Source of the DNA: Syntrophorhabdaceae bacterium
Lineage (GTDB): Bacteria; Desulfobacterota; Syntrophorhabdia; Syntrophorhabdales; Syntrophorhabdaceae
Length of the DNA: 64,000 nt
Direction: 5' to 3'
Assembly (NCBI GenBank): GCA_963666485.2
Contig: CAXXUO010000001.1
Coordinates: forward strand, 64,001-128,000
The notes under the pieces were generated by a model. It did not search any database, had not been told where the DNA came from, and saw nothing but the letters and a program-made list of their open reading frames with translations. The position numbers were made by a program, and so were the translations under genes. Every line of letters begins with the position of its first letter. The stretch's first letter is position 1. Shown one piece after another: positions 46,800 to 58,237 of this stretch.

Positions 46800-48008
46800 T
46801 CAGGACCTCTTACGTCCTCTGTATGATGGTTTGAACGTGGTCCGCCGCTTACTGACAGGCTTTACCGCCATCGTGAACTCATCTTCCGGAGACAGCGGGG
46901 GGTGCCGTTTTATCTCCGTTTTTGCATAATTCGTTATCTCCCTGAGCTTGCTTATCTCGGTGGGAAGAACCAGGGTAAATGCGTATCCCGTCTGCCCCAT
47001 ACGCGCCGTTCGCCCGATCCGGTGAACATAGTACTCGTCATCACGGGGAATGTCATAATTGATGACCGCTTCGACGCCCCTGACATCAATGCCGCGTGCG
47101 GCGACGTCGGTGGCTACCAGTATTGTGGAATGCCCCCGTCTGAACTTTGACATGACGCGGTCCCTCTGCCCCTGTGCCATATCGCCGTGGATGCTTTCCG
47201 TATCGTATCCCAGGGTCTTCAGGTCACGGGCCACGTCATCGACACATCTCTTCGTATTGCAGAATACCAGCGACGACGAGAACTTGTAATTGTCGACGAT
47301 CTTCCGCAAAAGGCTGAGTTTCTTGCCCGGCCTGACCTCTATATAGCTTTGTTCGACTTCCGAAACGGTCAGTTCGTCCCCCACAACCTTGACGAGTGAA
47401 GGGTTCTTCTGATACTTCCCGGCGAGCCTCCGGATGCTCTCGGGCATTGTCGCCGAGAAAAGCAGGGTCTGCCTGCCGGCTGATGTTGCCTGAAGGATCG
47501 TTTCAATGTCCTCCAGGAACCCCATGTTCAGCATTTCATCGGCCTCGTCGAGGACAACCCGGGTAACGGTGCCAAGCTTGATCGTCCTGCGCCTCATATG
47601 GTCGATCATTCGCCCCGGTGTGCCGACAACGATATGGACCCCTTTTTTCAGGCTGGCTATTTGCGGGCGAATAGACTGTCCGCCATAGACGGGAATGATG
47701 ACTATGTCTTTCCTGTACTGCGCGAGCTTTCTCAGTTCTGAAGCAACCTGTACCGCGAGTTCCCGCGTCGGGCACAGGACAAGCGCCTCCGTCTGCCTTG
47801 TTTTGCCGTCGAGCAATTCAAGGAGGGGAATGCCGAAAGCGGCTGTTTTGCCGGTACCGGTCTGTGCCTGCCCAATGATGTCGCTGCCCCCGAGCACGAG
47901 GGGAATTGATTGTTCCTGGATGGGGCTCAATTCTTCGATCCCCATGTTGTCCAGGGCTTTCTGGATCTTCTTTGAGAGATGCAGCTTCTCGAATTTCGTT
48001 TCTTGCAT
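46800..48008 (-). CDS. DEAD-box RNA helicase (core only, short basic tail)
   Basis: AQTGTGKT, PTRELA, TPGR, DEAD, SAT and HRIGRTAR motifs; GGAG SD before ATG 48008. Confidence 0.93.
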   Translation of the reverse strand: MQETKFEKLHLSKKIQKALDNMGIEELSPIQEQSIPLVLGGSDIIGQAQTGTGKTAAFGIPLLELLDGKTRQTEALVLCPTRELAVQVASELRKLAQYRKDIVIIPVYGGQSIRPQIASLKKGVHIVVGTPGRMIDHMRRRTIKLGTVTRVVLDEADEMLNMGFLEDIETILQATSAGRQTLLFSATMPESIRRLAGKYQKNPSLVKVVGDELTVSEVEQSYIEVRPGKKLSLLRKIVDNYKFSSSLVFCNTKRCVDDVARDLKTLGYDTESIHGDMAQGQRDRVMSKFRRGHSTILVATDVAARGIDVRGVEAVINYDIPRDDEYYVHRIGRTARMGQTGYAFTLVLPTEISKLREITNYAKTEIKRHPPLSPEDEFTMAVKPVSKRRTTFKPSYRGRKRS

Positions 48009-48236
48009 TAACACTCCGTAAAAAAATGATTTGGTGCCGCCTTTGCCCGCCCGGCATTCGACCATTTTTTTTCGGTTGTCAGATCATGGCAGAATTTGAG
48101 AGGATCTAAGCAGTTACAGGAGTTTAGCATAATTTTATGGGAAAATACAGCCGAAAGCGACGTTCGGCCTTTGCGTGACAGACCGCCTCCGCCACGTAAG
48201 ACATCCAGATGTTCCGGAAAGACAAGGCCGATAGAA

Positions 48237-49478
48237 TTATTTCTCCCCGTATTTCTTGTACAACTCTTCGGCCAGCTTCCCGAACGCTTCTTCCGTTTTC
48301 GGACCGCTTATATTGGCCGTGATCACCATGCCAAAATCTTTCTTCGGCTGAACGTATATATGCGCAAGGTTCATGGTGTTCGATCCGTTGTGCCAGACGA
48401 ACGGTTCTTTCGACCAGGGGAAATATGCCTGGCACCAGCCGAGTGCATAAGAGCCGCGCTCCGGAAGCCCCGGCTGTTTTTCAGGCAAGGGTAGCTCTAT
48501 CACCGGGGTCGTGAGCCGGACGAACATTTCCGCCGGGATTATCTGAGGCGACCTTTTTCCTGCGCCGGCATTCCATGCCGCCCACCGGGCGAAGTCCTGC
48601 AGGGACATATGCACGGTCCCTGCCGGGCCGAGATACGGCGGGTTATCCGAGACGAGGCCTGCCATCATGGGTTTCAGTTTTCCGTCGATGGTCTTGTGGG
48701 GAAGCGGGGCGTCGACCATCCCCAGCGATGACTGGGTCCCGAAGCCTGCCGTCCTGAGCCTCAAGGGCACGAAGATCTTCTCGATAACGAGTTCCTCCCA
48801 CGACCTGCCGGAGATCCTTTCCAGGATGGCACCGGTCATGATGTAGCCCATATTCGAGTAAGAATACCTCGTGCGGGGGGCCGCGGCGACCGGCTGGCTC
48901 ACCCAGCGCGAAAGGAACCAGTACCGTGTATCGGTCAGGTTGTCCTCCGACCGCGTAAACGATTCCATGAAAAGTTTCGCGTAGAGCGGTTCTTTGTCCT
49001 CGGGCATCCCGCTCGTATGCGACAGGAGCTGTTCGACGGTGATCGAGCCCATGCCGGGTGTCATGGTCTTTTCCAGTTCGGGGAATATCTCCTCCAGCCG
49101 TGAATCCCAGCGGAGCTTCCCTTCTTTTACAAAGATCGCGGCGAGAAGGGCGGTCATTGCCTTTGTGTTGGACCCGATATGAAAGCGGTCACCCGGATAT
49201 ACCGTTATCTTCTCCCCGGCCTTGCGTGTACCCGCCGTCCCTATAGCGATGGTCCTTCCGTCCTTTACAACAGCCGCTCCCATGGCGGGAATGCCGTATT
49301 TGCTGCAATACTGTTCCAGTATATAGGTGAGGGATTCGGAGCTTTTCATGGCAACGTTCTTCTCCGCGATCACCCGCTGCGCCCCGGCTTCGGTACTGAT
49401 AAAAATTCCGAGAAAAACGAGAATACCCGCGCATAGCACGGAAAAGCATTGCATACCGGACCTTGATCGTCCCGCCAT
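48237..49478 (-). CDS. Exported serine hydrolase (beta-lactamase/class C-like)
   Basis: FHIGSNTK (SxxK), LLSHTSG, YSN and WHNG motifs. Confidence 0.9.
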   Translation of the reverse strand: MAGRSRSGMQCFSVLCAGILVFLGIFISTEAGAQRVIAEKNVAMKSSESLTYILEQYCSKYGIPAMGAAVVKDGRTIAIGTAGTRKAGEKITVYPGDRFHIGSNTKAMTALLAAIFVKEGKLRWDSRLEEIFPELEKTMTPGMGSITVEQLLSHTSGMPEDKEPLYAKLFMESFTRSEDNLTDTRYWFLSRWVSQPVAAAPRTRYSYSNMGYIMTGAILERISGRSWEELVIEKIFVPLRLRTAGFGTQSSLGMVDAPLPHKTIDGKLKPMMAGLVSDNPPYLGPAGTVHMSLQDFARWAAWNAGAGKRSPQIIPAEMFVRLTTPVIELPLPEKQPGLPERGSYALGWCQAYFPWSKEPFVWHNGSNTMNLAHIYVQPKKDFGMVITANISGPKTEEAFGKLAEELYKKYGEK

Positions 49479-49617
49479 ACCTGACCCCCTTGGATTTATA
49501 TGTCTTTACCATATCGTACGGCCAGGAACTTGTACAGTGAAAAGATTGACTTGACCGAGCTAAAACTCATATACTCTCATATACATATACGATCCTAAAC
49601 CCACCTGAGAGGTTGCC

Positions 49618-50595
49618 ATGGAATTTGAACAGACTTTCATGAATTTCCTCCTGGAACACCAGGAACGGAACAGACGGACCGGGCATTTTCTCGTCCTCAT
49701 GGACGCGATCGTCAGCGCGGCGAAGCACATCGAGCACTATTACATCACGGGCGCGCTCAAAGGACACCTCGGGCAGGCAGGCAAGGTGAACGTGCAGGGC
49801 GAAGACGTCATGCAGATGGATGATATGGCCCACGAGATAATCATCCACTACCTGAAGACGACGCGGCGCGTGATCCATGCAGTCAGCGAGGAATCCGACG
49901 AGATCATCAAGCTCAACGAGAACGGACGTTATTTCATGTACTTCGATCCGCTCGACGGTTCGTCCAACGTCAAGCATGGTCTTCCGGTCGGGTTTCTTTT
50001 CGGGATAGCCAAGCGGAACATCAACGGGGAAGAGGACTTTCACCTGCGGCCCGGAAAAGAATTCATAGCCGCCGGCATGTTCGTCATACCGACCGGAACG
50101 CTTACTATCGCGCTGCGGGATGCGGGCACCTGGCGTTTCCATATCGACGAAACGCTCGACTACGTGAAGCCGATGAAACTCGTCCTCCCGGACAATCCGA
50201 AGAGCTGGGAACTGTCCTTCAACGCGACGAACCGGTACACATACAGGCAAGAGGTCCTGGATTGGGTCCACAACAACGAGCGGAAATACACGTTCCGGTA
50301 CCTGGGGGCCCTTGCCGGCGACTTTCACCGGATACTGACGAACGGCGGGATGTTCATGTACCCGGCCATTGTCAACCATCCCGACCCGAAAAAGAACAGG
50401 CCTCAAGGAAAGCTGCGCCTCATGTACGAGGCAGCCGTCGTAGCGTTCATGTGCTGCGAGGCGGGAGGGCACGCGGTAAACGAACACGGGGTTCCCATAC
50501 TCGATATAGAACCCTCCGACCACCACCAGAGAACCGCCCTGTACGTGGGATCGAAGCAGCTTGTCGATGATATAGCGAATGTGCTCAAAAAATGA
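49618..50595 (+). CDS. fbp: Class 1 fructose-1,6-bisphosphatase
   Basis: NVQGEDV, VSEES, FDPLDGSSN, RYLGALAGDFHR and KLRLMYE motifs. Confidence 0.93.
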   Translation: MEFEQTFMNFLLEHQERNRRTGHFLVLMDAIVSAAKHIEHYYITGALKGHLGQAGKVNVQGEDVMQMDDMAHEIIIHYLKTTRRVIHAVSEESDEIIKLNENGRYFMYFDPLDGSSNVKHGLPVGFLFGIAKRNINGEEDFHLRPGKEFIAAGMFVIPTGTLTIALRDAGTWRFHIDETLDYVKPMKLVLPDNPKSWELSFNATNRYTYRQEVLDWVHNNERKYTFRYLGALAGDFHRILTNGGMFMYPAIVNHPDPKKNRPQGKLRLMYEAAVVAFMCCEAGGHAVNEHGVPILDIEPSDHHQRTALYVGSKQLVDDIANVLKK

Positions 50596-50930
50596 AGCGT
50601 AAGGGGTACACGGTGCGCCGGCCAAACAAGCCGGTCAAAAAAGAAATAACCGGGTCGATCGAGGATATCGTCAGGGACATTACGCGCGACCGGAACATAA
50701 AAAACGAGGAGTACCGTGAACAGTCCCTTAAAATGCACGGCCTTTTCTGCGCGCGCTGCGGACGGCAGTTCGACCACACGGACAGGCACCTGTTGACCGT
50801 GCACCACAAGGACGGCAATCACAACAACAACCCGCCCGACGGCTCGAACTGGGAGAACCTGTGCACATATTGTCATGACGACGTGCACGGCCGTAATTTT
50901 TTCGCCGCGGAAGAAGAAAGAAAACAATAA
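50592..50930 (+). CDS. yajD: YajD-family HNH nuclease
   Basis: YREQSLK..CARCGRQF..LTVHHKDGNHNNNPPDGSNWENLCTYCHD. Confidence 0.88.
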   Translation: MKRKGYTVRRPNKPVKKEITGSIEDIVRDITRDRNIKNEEYREQSLKMHGLFCARCGRQFDHTDRHLLTVHHKDGNHNNNPPDGSNWENLCTYCHDDVHGRNFFAAEEERKQ

Positions 50931-50949
50931 TGGATTGGAGGACATTGGG

Positions 50950-51759
50950 ATGAAAAGATGGGCCCTCACTGTATCGCTTATTTTTGTCACCGCGCTTCTT
51001 CCTCTCATATGTTTTAGCGCATCACCATCATCCGCGCTGCTCGGCGATGCAGCGAACAGGATCGAGCAATCCCTGAAGGCGATCGATGCGGACCTTGAAA
51101 AGGCCGCTAAGACCATCGGAAAAGATGTTAACGAACCAATGGGAAAAAGGCAGACGCTCAGCAATCTCTGCTCGGGGAAAAGTTATGCCGTTGATTGCGT
51201 GTTCATAAACACACGGGGGATAATGGAGACTGTCGAACCCTCGAAATACCGGAAGAACGAGGGTAAGAACATCGAAAACCAGGAACTTGTACGCCGCATG
51301 CAGAAAGATAAAAAGCCTGTGTTCAGCGAGATCTTTGCTACGGCCGAGGGCCTGCAGGGTGTTGTCTTTCAATATCCTGTCTTTGACAGGAAGAAGAAAT
51401 TCGCCGGCTCGGTGAGCCTCTTTGTCATGCCGGAAGTCCTCGTGCGCGACGCGATAAAAGACGTGAAATTAGAAAAAGGAATGGGCATTACCGTTGTCGA
51501 ACCGAGCGGCACGAACGTCTTCGCCACCGAACCGGAACAGGTACGCCTGAACGTCCTCACGAGCCCGCAGTACAAGGGATATGACCAGCTTCATGACATG
51601 GTGCGCCGCATAATCGCGGAGAAGGAAGGGGCGGGCGCGTACCACTATAAAAAACCGGGTACAGACATTGTTGTCAGGAAATCCGCCATCTGGAAGAACA
51701 TTTCTTTCTATGACAACTACTGGCGCGTGGTCCTGACGACGGAAGCGCATAGGCCGTAA
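50950..51759 (+). CDS. Exported Cache-domain-like protein
   Basis: Signal peptide from ATG 50950 (GGAGG SD); PVFSEIF..VVFQYPVFD..FAGSVS dCache-like pattern. Confidence 0.65.
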   Translation: MKRWALTVSLIFVTALLPLICFSASPSSALLGDAANRIEQSLKAIDADLEKAAKTIGKDVNEPMGKRQTLSNLCSGKSYAVDCVFINTRGIMETVEPSKYRKNEGKNIENQELVRRMQKDKKPVFSEIFATAEGLQGVVFQYPVFDRKKKFAGSVSLFVMPEVLVRDAIKDVKLEKGMGITVVEPSGTNVFATEPEQVRLNVLTSPQYKGYDQLHDMVRRIIAEKEGAGAYHYKKPGTDIVVRKSAIWKNISFYDNYWRVVLTTEAHRP

Positions 51760-51764
51760 AAAAA

Positions 51765-51853
51765 GGTTCCAGGTTCCACGTTCCAGGTTCCACGTTAAAG
51801 ACAAGAAATTAGCCAAATCCCAACCTGGAACGTGGAACTTGGAACGTGGAACC
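51765..51853. repeat. Inverted (GTTCCAS)n heptamer tracts between convergent genes
   Basis: GGTTCCA GGTTCCA CGTTCCA GGTTCCA CG ... CCTGGAA CGTGGAA CTTGGAA CGTGGAA CC. Confidence 0.85.
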
Positions 51854-51858
51854 CTTTT

Positions 51859-52185
51859 TTATTCTCTGAACATAAAAAACACCGCACCCGCCATCAGGCC
51901 GAAGGATAGAAGATAATTCCACTTGAATTCTTCTTTGAGATAAAGAATGGAAAAGACCGCAAAGACCGCCAGTGTTATTACCTCCTGGATTATCTTGAGC
52001 TGCGCCGCCGAAAACTGGTAATGGCCTATCCGGTTGGCCGGAACCTGAAAACAATATTCGGCAAATGCAATGAGCCAGCTTATGATTATCACCTTCCAGA
52101 GTGACGAATCTTTGTATCTGAGGTGTCCATACCAGGCAAAGGTCATAAAGACATTCGAGACTGTAAGAAGCATAACGGTTTTCAT
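51859..52185 (-). CDS. DMT family small membrane protein (DUF486-like)
   Basis: SNVFMTFAWYGHL, EYCFQVPANRIG and QLKIIQEVITL motifs. Confidence 0.9.
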   Translation of the reverse strand: MKTVMLLTVSNVFMTFAWYGHLRYKDSSLWKVIIISWLIAFAEYCFQVPANRIGHYQFSAAQLKIIQEVITLAVFAVFSILYLKEEFKWNYLLSFGLMAGAVFFMFRE

Positions 52186-52313
52186 ATTTCTCTCCCCATC
52201 GGCAAACTGTGAGTAATATACATAAAGATATCGCCGGCGTGAAGAGAATTATCCGGGAAATGAGTTGAAAAAAGTCAAGGATTGCGGGAGAATAGAGGGT
52301 TCAAAATAAGGCT

Positions 52314-53408
52314 GTGATCGGAGATCAGGTGAACGAACCAAACAGGAACTATAACATCATACACTTTGAGGCGCTCGGCCCGGAGGCGATGTACCTTCAG
52401 GCGGAGACAAAGAAGGCGATCGAGTGTAAAGAGCTCCCCGAAGAGCATGCGTACCTGATCACACCGAAGAACGTTCAGGAATATATACGGGACAACGCAT
52501 CCGCGACCCTTCCCGATATTATCACGACAAAAACGCACTCGGTTCTGCCCGACGCATATATCTCGGGGAAAAAGAAAAGTGTTGTAACACGCAGCGCCGG
52601 CTACGATCATTTCGAGCACCTCGTCGATAAGGTCAACATCGCTTCGCTTCGCGAATACTGCGTCAATGCGGTTGCGCAGACTGCCATGAAATTCCTGTAC
52701 GCGGCCGCTGGCGAGTTGAACCATTACACGCTCAACACGGCCACATTTGAAAGAAAAGATTCCCGCGCTTTTATCGAGCTCGACAGGCACCGGGTATGCA
52801 CGGTTTTTGGTGTCGGCAAGATAGGCAAGAAAACGTATGAGCTCGCCGAGGCGAACGGGCTCACCGTTCAGGGAGTCGATATCCGCGAGGATGAACTTTC
52901 CGCGCTCTATAAAGGATCGGTCCGTTTTGTGTCCAAAGAAGAGGCCATCCAGACGAGCGATATCATCATCAATGCAATGAACCTCACCCGAAATATGGAC
53001 AGCAAATTCTACAACATAGGCTATTTTTCGAAATTCTATCTGGGCCAGGCAAAAAAGAAGTTGATCTTTATTAATGTCACGAGGGGCGAGATAGCGCCCG
53101 AGTCGGTCATAGCCGACCTCTACCGCGCCGGTCAAATAATCGGGATAGGCCTCGACGTGTTCAGCAACGAATCCGAGTTTGCATCTTTGCTCAACAAGCA
53201 GGGCAATGTTACGGATGCGGATGTCCTTGCGGCGAGAGGCCTCGTCGAGAAGTCAATCGAGAGAAATTCCAATATTTACGTCCAGCCTCACCAGGGCTTT
53301 AATTCGGATATTGCGGCGCAGACGAAGGCGGTCGAGGCGATCAAGCACGTTGCGGCGTGGTACAGGAACGGCGGGGCGGGGTTCGAGGAACAGCTGCCGT
53401 ACTACTAA
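52314..53408 (+). CDS. D-isomer-specific 2-hydroxyacid dehydrogenase family protein
   Basis: TRSAGYDH, GVGKIG, INVTRGEI, GLDVFSNE and QPHQGF motifs. Start uncertain (GTG 52314 or 52329). Confidence 0.8.
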   Translation: MIGDQVNEPNRNYNIIHFEALGPEAMYLQAETKKAIECKELPEEHAYLITPKNVQEYIRDNASATLPDIITTKTHSVLPDAYISGKKKSVVTRSAGYDHFEHLVDKVNIASLREYCVNAVAQTAMKFLYAAAGELNHYTLNTATFERKDSRAFIELDRHRVCTVFGVGKIGKKTYELAEANGLTVQGVDIREDELSALYKGSVRFVSKEEAIQTSDIIINAMNLTRNMDSKFYNIGYFSKFYLGQAKKKLIFINVTRGEIAPESVIADLYRAGQIIGIGLDVFSNESEFASLLNKQGNVTDADVLAARGLVEKSIERNSNIYVQPHQGFNSDIAAQTKAVEAIKHVAAWYRNGGAGFEEQLPYY

Positions 53409-53412
53409 AAAA

Positions 53413-53507
53413 AGGTTCCAGGTTCCACGTTCCAGGTTCCACGAAAAAGATAAAAGATAATTAAAAAAAGCGTTGAAAGGTCAACGTTCAAGGCTCAAGG
53501 TTCAACG
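53413..53507. repeat. Heptamer tandem repeats after the stop codon
   Basis: (GGTTCCA/CGTTCCA)x4, then a degenerate (GTTCAAS)n tract. Confidence 0.75.
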
Positions 53508-53560
53508 AAAAAACGTACGCTAATAAAACTGCTTCAGATGTTAGATCGGGATAGGAGGAA

Positions 53561-55660
53561 TTGATGGAATTGACCGAAGTTTTCGGGTCCAATGTCTTCA
53601 ACGACAAGGTGATGAGGCAGCGGCTGCCCAAAGAAGTTTACAAGGCCCTGAAGAAGACCATAGAAGAAGGCCTTCCTTTAAAGGCCGACATCGCCGATGT
53701 CGTCGCCAATGCTATGAAAGACTGGGCGATCGAGAAGGGCGCCACACATTACACACACTGGTTCCAGCCCCTGACGGGAATTACGGCGGAGAAGCATGAT
53801 TCCTTTATTTCGCCGGCCCCCGACGGCAGCGTGATCATGGAATTTTCCGGAAAGCAGCTCGTACAGGGAGAACCTGACGCATCGTCATTCCCGAGCGGGG
53901 GCCTGAGGGCCACGTTCGAGGCACGTGGTTACACGGCATGGGATTGCACGTCGCCCGCATTCCTCAAGGAAGACGAGGCCGGCAATGTCACGCTGACCAT
54001 CCCGACCGCATTTTACTCTTATCGCGGGGAAGCGCTCGACAAGAAAACACCGCTCTTGCGGTCGATGCGGGCCATTTCCGGGCAGGCGATCCGGGTCTTA
54101 CGGGCTCTCGGAAATACAACATCCCGGCGTGTCATATCCACCGTCGGCCCGGAACAGGAGTATTTTCTCGTCGACAAGAAATACTACATGGAGCGGCTCG
54201 ACCTGATGCTCGCGGGGCGCACGATCTTCGGGGCCCCCGCACCCAAAGGCCAGGAACTCGAGGACCAGTATTTCGGCGCGATAAAAGACCGCGTATCAGA
54301 CTACATGCATACCCTCGATATGGAACTATGGAAGATGGGGATCACCTCGAAAACGAAACATAACGAGGTGGCACCGGCCCAGTTCGAGATGGCCCCCATC
54401 TTCGATACGACGAACATCGCGACCGACCACAACCAGCTCGTCATGGAGACCATGCAGAAGGTCGCCTTCCGCAACGATCTCGTATGCCTGCTCCACGAAA
54501 AACCCTATGCGGGAATTAATGGGTCCGGTAAGCATAACAACTGGTCATTATCAACCGATGACGGATTCAATCTCCTCGAGCCGGGCCATACACCGAGCGA
54601 GAACGTCCAGTTCCTTCTCTTCGTCAGCGCGATGATCAAGGCTGTCGATACGTACGCCGATGTTCTCCGCGCAACCTGCGCGACGGCCGGGAACGACCAC
54701 CGCCTGGGCGCAAACGAGGCGCCGCCGGCGATCATCTCGATATTCATGGGCGAGGAACTGACAGATATACTTGAAAAGATCGCACGAGGTGAAAAGACGT
54801 CCTCCCGGGGCGAGCAATTCGTCGGGGTAGGCGTTGACACCCTGCCCATGATACCGCGGGACAACACCGACAGGAACAGGACGTCACCTTTTGCATTTAC
54901 CGGCAATAAATTCGAGTTCAGGATGGTCGGTTCCGCCCAGTCTATAGCCGGGTCGAATGTCGTGCTCAACACGATAGCGGCCGAGGCCTTCGATGAAATA
55001 GCGTCACGTCTCGAAAAGGCAAAGGACGTCGTCTCCGAAACCGCGAAGACCATCCGGGATATCTGGAAGAAACACAACCGGGTCGTATTCAACGGCAACA
55101 ACTATTCAGAAGAATGGGTGAAGGAAGCGATAAAACGGGGCCTCCCGAACATAAACAACGCGGTGGACGCCCTCAAGGCTTTTGTCACGGAAAAATCATT
55201 CAAGCTTTTCGAAAAATACGATGTCCTCTCACGGAAAGAAGTTGTCTCGCGCTTCGAGATCTACGTCGAGACATATTCGAAACAGATAAATATCGAGGCC
55301 CGGGTAGCGATTGACATGGCAAGAAGACAGATTATTCCCGCAGCGATGGAATATGCCGGGTTTCTCGCCGATGCGGCCGACGGTCTTAAAGAATTCAACA
55401 TCCCATCCTTAGCACCGGAAGACATCCTGAAAAAGCTCGGCGCGGCCCTTACGTCAGCATACAAGAACCTGGGAAAACTCGAAAAAGCGCTGGAACGATC
55501 CCGCAAGATCGCGGACACCGTCAAATGCGCGGAAAATTATCGCGACGCCGTGCTCACCGCGATACAAACCCTGCGCGTCGATATAGACAAGCTGGAAACT
55601 ATGGTCCCGGCAAATATATGGCCGATACCGACATATACAGACCTATTATTTAAATTATAA
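53561..55660 (+). CDS. glnN: Glutamine synthetase type III
   Basis: [54 protein letters not shown] and [18 protein letters not shown] motifs. Confidence 0.95.
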   Translation: MMELTEVFGSNVFNDKVMRQRLPKEVYKALKKTIEEGLPLKADIADVVANAMKDWAIEKGATHYTHWFQPLTGITAEKHDSFISPAPDGSVIMEFSGKQLVQGEPDASSFPSGGLRATFEARGYTAWDCTSPAFLKEDEAGNVTLTIPTAFYSYRGEALDKKTPLLRSMRAISGQAIRVLRALGNTTSRRVISTVGPEQEYFLVDKKYYMERLDLMLAGRTIFGAPAPKGQELEDQYFGAIKDRVSDYMHTLDMELWKMGITSKTKHNEVAPAQFEMAPIFDTTNIATDHNQLVMETMQKVAFRNDLVCLLHEKPYAGINGSGKHNNWSLSTDDGFNLLEPGHTPSENVQFLLFVSAMIKAVDTYADVLRATCATAGNDHRLGANEAPPAIISIFMGEELTDILEKIARGEKTSSRGEQFVGVGVDTLPMIPRDNTDRNRTSPFAFTGNKFEFRMVGSAQSIAGSNVVLNTIAAEAFDEIASRLEKAKDVVSETAKTIRDIWKKHNRVVFNGNNYSEEWVKEAIKRGLPNINNAVDALKAFVTEKSFKLFEKYDVLSRKEVVSRFEIYVETYSKQINIEARVAIDMARRQIIPAAMEYAGFLADAADGLKEFNIPSLAPEDILKKLGAALTSAYKNLGKLEKALERSRKIADTVKCAENYRDAVLTAIQTLRVDIDKLETMVPANIWPIPTYTDLLFKL

Positions 55661-55703
55661 AGAGTGTTCAAAGTCGGCTTGTTTGACGGTCGACTTACCT
55701 CGC

Positions 55704-55941
55704 CGTCATCCCGGGCTTGACCCGGGACCCAAGGTTTTCGCTTTTTTGTTCTTTTTATTTATAGTCCCGAAAAACTGAAAAGAAAAACCTTGGGGTCCCG
55801 GCTCTGACGGCCGGGATGACGGCTGAGAGGGTTTCCAGGTCATCGGTCACTTTCGAACCAAAAAAACCAAAGACGCTGGATTCCCGCTTGCGCGGGAATG
55901 ACGGCAGGTGGTGAATCCCGGTGTCAAGCACCTGGATGACG
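55704..55941. repeat. Cluster of four CGTC palindromes
   Basis: 55704-55734 in forward orientation; 55788-55821, 55872-55903 and degenerate 55913-55941 reversed. Confidence 0.88.
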
Positions 55942-55992
55942 GCCAGTGGGTAGATGCCTTACGCCTTTCCGTTAGCCGTTAGCCGTACGCCG

Positions 55993-58062
55993 TTAGCCGT
56001 TTATCATCCTCGCATCCACCACATACAACTCATCCCCTGTCCCCTTCAGCGGGTTTATGTCCATTTCCCGGATAGAGGGGAAGTCGGAGACGAGAAGTGC
56101 AAGACGCGCCAGGTTTTCAGCGAGAACGCTTATCGAAACGCCCTTCTGCCCGCGGACCCCTTCAAGGATCTTATAGGCCCTGATCGAGCGTATCATGTGC
56201 ATACATTCCTCATTGGACAGGGGGGCGAGACCAAAACTTACGTCCTTGAGCACCTCGGTATAGATACCGCCGAGACCGAACATGACGAGCTGCCCTATGT
56301 CCCCGGAGCGGCTCGAACCGAGAATGACCTCGGTCCCTTCTATCATCTTCTGCACCAGGACGCCGGCTGCCCCGGGTATCGCCATGAGATCGCTCCATGC
56401 CTGCCCGGCCTTATCGGCATTGCCAATTCCAAGCCTGACCCCGCCGACATCGCTTTTATGCAGGGGACCGGCCACTTTCATGGCGACGGGATAGCCGATC
56501 GCATCGCAGGTTTTCACCGCTTCATCGAGCGACGCAGCCATTGCCTGCGGCGGGAATGCAAACCCGGCATTTTTGAGCACCTGCTCTACCATATCGGCTG
56601 ACAGCACCCCGCCTTTGCCTTCCAGAATTCTTGCGACCCCTTCCCTGTTGTATCCCGGGATATCGCGGGATGCGTCGGATATAACCGGGCGCTTGAGCAC
56701 ACTGCCCAATCCCCAGCCGCAATTGACCTCATCGACAAAATAAAAATTGTCTCTTTCGGTAAATTCGCGTATCTGTTCCGTACAGGTCGTGACGGAACTC
56801 AATGTAGGAAGTATGGGTATCGGGCATGTCCTTCTCGCCTCGGCCACTTCATGATAGATCTCGCGGTTCGGATGCATCCCCGGGTTTCCCACCTGTATCG
56901 CTATGACATTGATGTTTTGGATCTCCTCTTCACCCAGTATTTGAAAGATCTGCCGCATCTGGAGGCCCGTCCGGGACGGAAGGGTATCGATGGGATTGAG
57001 GACCGAGCTTTCGGCCGGTAGAATTTCCCTCAATCTTTGGCGCGTCTTTTCGCCGAGGACCGGCAGGACGAACCCCTGCCGTTCGAGCTCGTCGGTGAGC
57101 ATGACGCCCGGGCCTCCTGCATCGGTTATAACGCAGGCGCGGTTCCCCGCGAGCTTCCCGCAGGTGCCCGTGAGGGCACATGCTGTGTCGATCATTTCCA
57201 TCTTGCTTTTCACCCTGATGATCCCCGCTTTTTCAAATAATGCATCTACGGCCGCGTTATCGGTTGCCATCGCGCCCGTGTGGCTCGCCGCCGCCCGGGC
57301 CCCGGATTCGGAGACGCCCGACTTGATGCCAATGATAGAACATCCTTTCTTTGTCAGGCTTCGGGCCGCCTTCAGGAAGATCCCGGGTTTCTTGAGATTC
57401 TCGAGATAGAGCAAAAGAATGGGGGACCCGTCGACGTCATAATTCTCGTCATAAAGAGCGAACAGGTCCTCGACACCGATCTGAACGGAATTGCCGACGT
57501 TCACGACATTGCAAAACTCGAGTCCCCTGAGCACCGCCTGTTCCATGACAAGGTCCACGGTCGCGCCGGAACCACTGATGAAGTCGATGGAATTTGGTTT
57601 TAATTCGGGTATGATCCCCGCGAATTTCCCGCTGTAATGATATGTCATAAACCCGGAACAATTCGGTCCGATGATCGTCATGTCAAGGTCTTGAGCGATC
57701 GAAAGCAGCCTCATCTCCTCTTTTTTCCCGGCTTCGTCTTTTTCTCCAAACCCGGCCGAAAGTATCACGACGGCCTTTGTTCCCCTTCGGCCGAGGTCTT
57801 CGAGCGCCTGCGCCACGAGTTTCGCCGGGATCGCAATGATGCCGAGCTCCGGTATACCGGGGACGTCATTCACCGACGGAAAGGTCGGAAGGCCCGCCAC
57901 CGGCCCGCCGGGATTCACAATGAAAAGTTCGCCCTCGTAATGATGCTCGACTATGTTGGCGAGCACGGTGCCGCCAGGCTTCAGCTTGCTCTCGCTGCCG
58001 CCGACGATCACAATGCTCTTGGGCCTGAAAAGCGCATTATAGATTGCCCGGCTATTTTTCAT
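55993..58062 (-). CDS. Acetate--CoA ligase (ADP-forming) family, fused alpha/beta
   Basis: FRPKSI, IGPNCSG, AAASHTGA (phospho-His), NPIDT and HKSDVGGV ATP-grasp motifs. Confidence 0.9.
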   Translation of the reverse strand: MKNSRAIYNALFRPKSIVIVGGSESKLKPGGTVLANIVEHHYEGELFIVNPGGPVAGLPTFPSVNDVPGIPELGIIAIPAKLVAQALEDLGRRGTKAVVILSAGFGEKDEAGKKEEMRLLSIAQDLDMTIIGPNCSGFMTYHYSGKFAGIIPELKPNSIDFISGSGATVDLVMEQAVLRGLEFCNVVNVGNSVQIGVEDLFALYDENYDVDGSPILLLYLENLKKPGIFLKAARSLTKKGCSIIGIKSGVSESGARAAASHTGAMATDNAAVDALFEKAGIIRVKSKMEMIDTACALTGTCGKLAGNRACVITDAGGPGVMLTDELERQGFVLPVLGEKTRQRLREILPAESSVLNPIDTLPSRTGLQMRQIFQILGEEEIQNINVIAIQVGNPGMHPNREIYHEVAEARRTCPIPILPTLSSVTTCTEQIREFTERDNFYFVDEVNCGWGLGSVLKRPVISDASRDIPGYNREGVARILEGKGGVLSADMVEQVLKNAGFAFPPQAMAASLDEAVKTCDAIGYPVAMKVAGPLHKSDVGGVRLGIGNADKAGQAWSDLMAIPGAAGVLVQKMIEGTEVILGSSRSGDIGQLVMFGLGGIYTEVLKDVSFGLAPLSNEECMHMIRSIRAYKILEGVRGQKGVSISVLAENLARLALLVSDFPSIREMDINPLKGTGDELYVVDARMING

Positions 58063-58237
58063 ATCGGTATCCTCGGAATTGTAAGACTTTCACAGCTCTC
58101 CATTATCATACCACAATGACCTTGCAACCCATATATTAAGGCTATCAAGGACCAACAAGAATATCCCGAGAACATTAAAAAGTCTTTTTAGAGATTCCGC
58201 GCGAAGGGCACCTTGCGCAAACAGAACCCGGTCTTTA

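Noticed and set aside
50592..50930. HNH nuclease as a homing or defence element
   Set aside because: It matches the conserved chromosomal YajD pattern, overlaps fbp as an operon member, and has no flanking repeats or GC shift.
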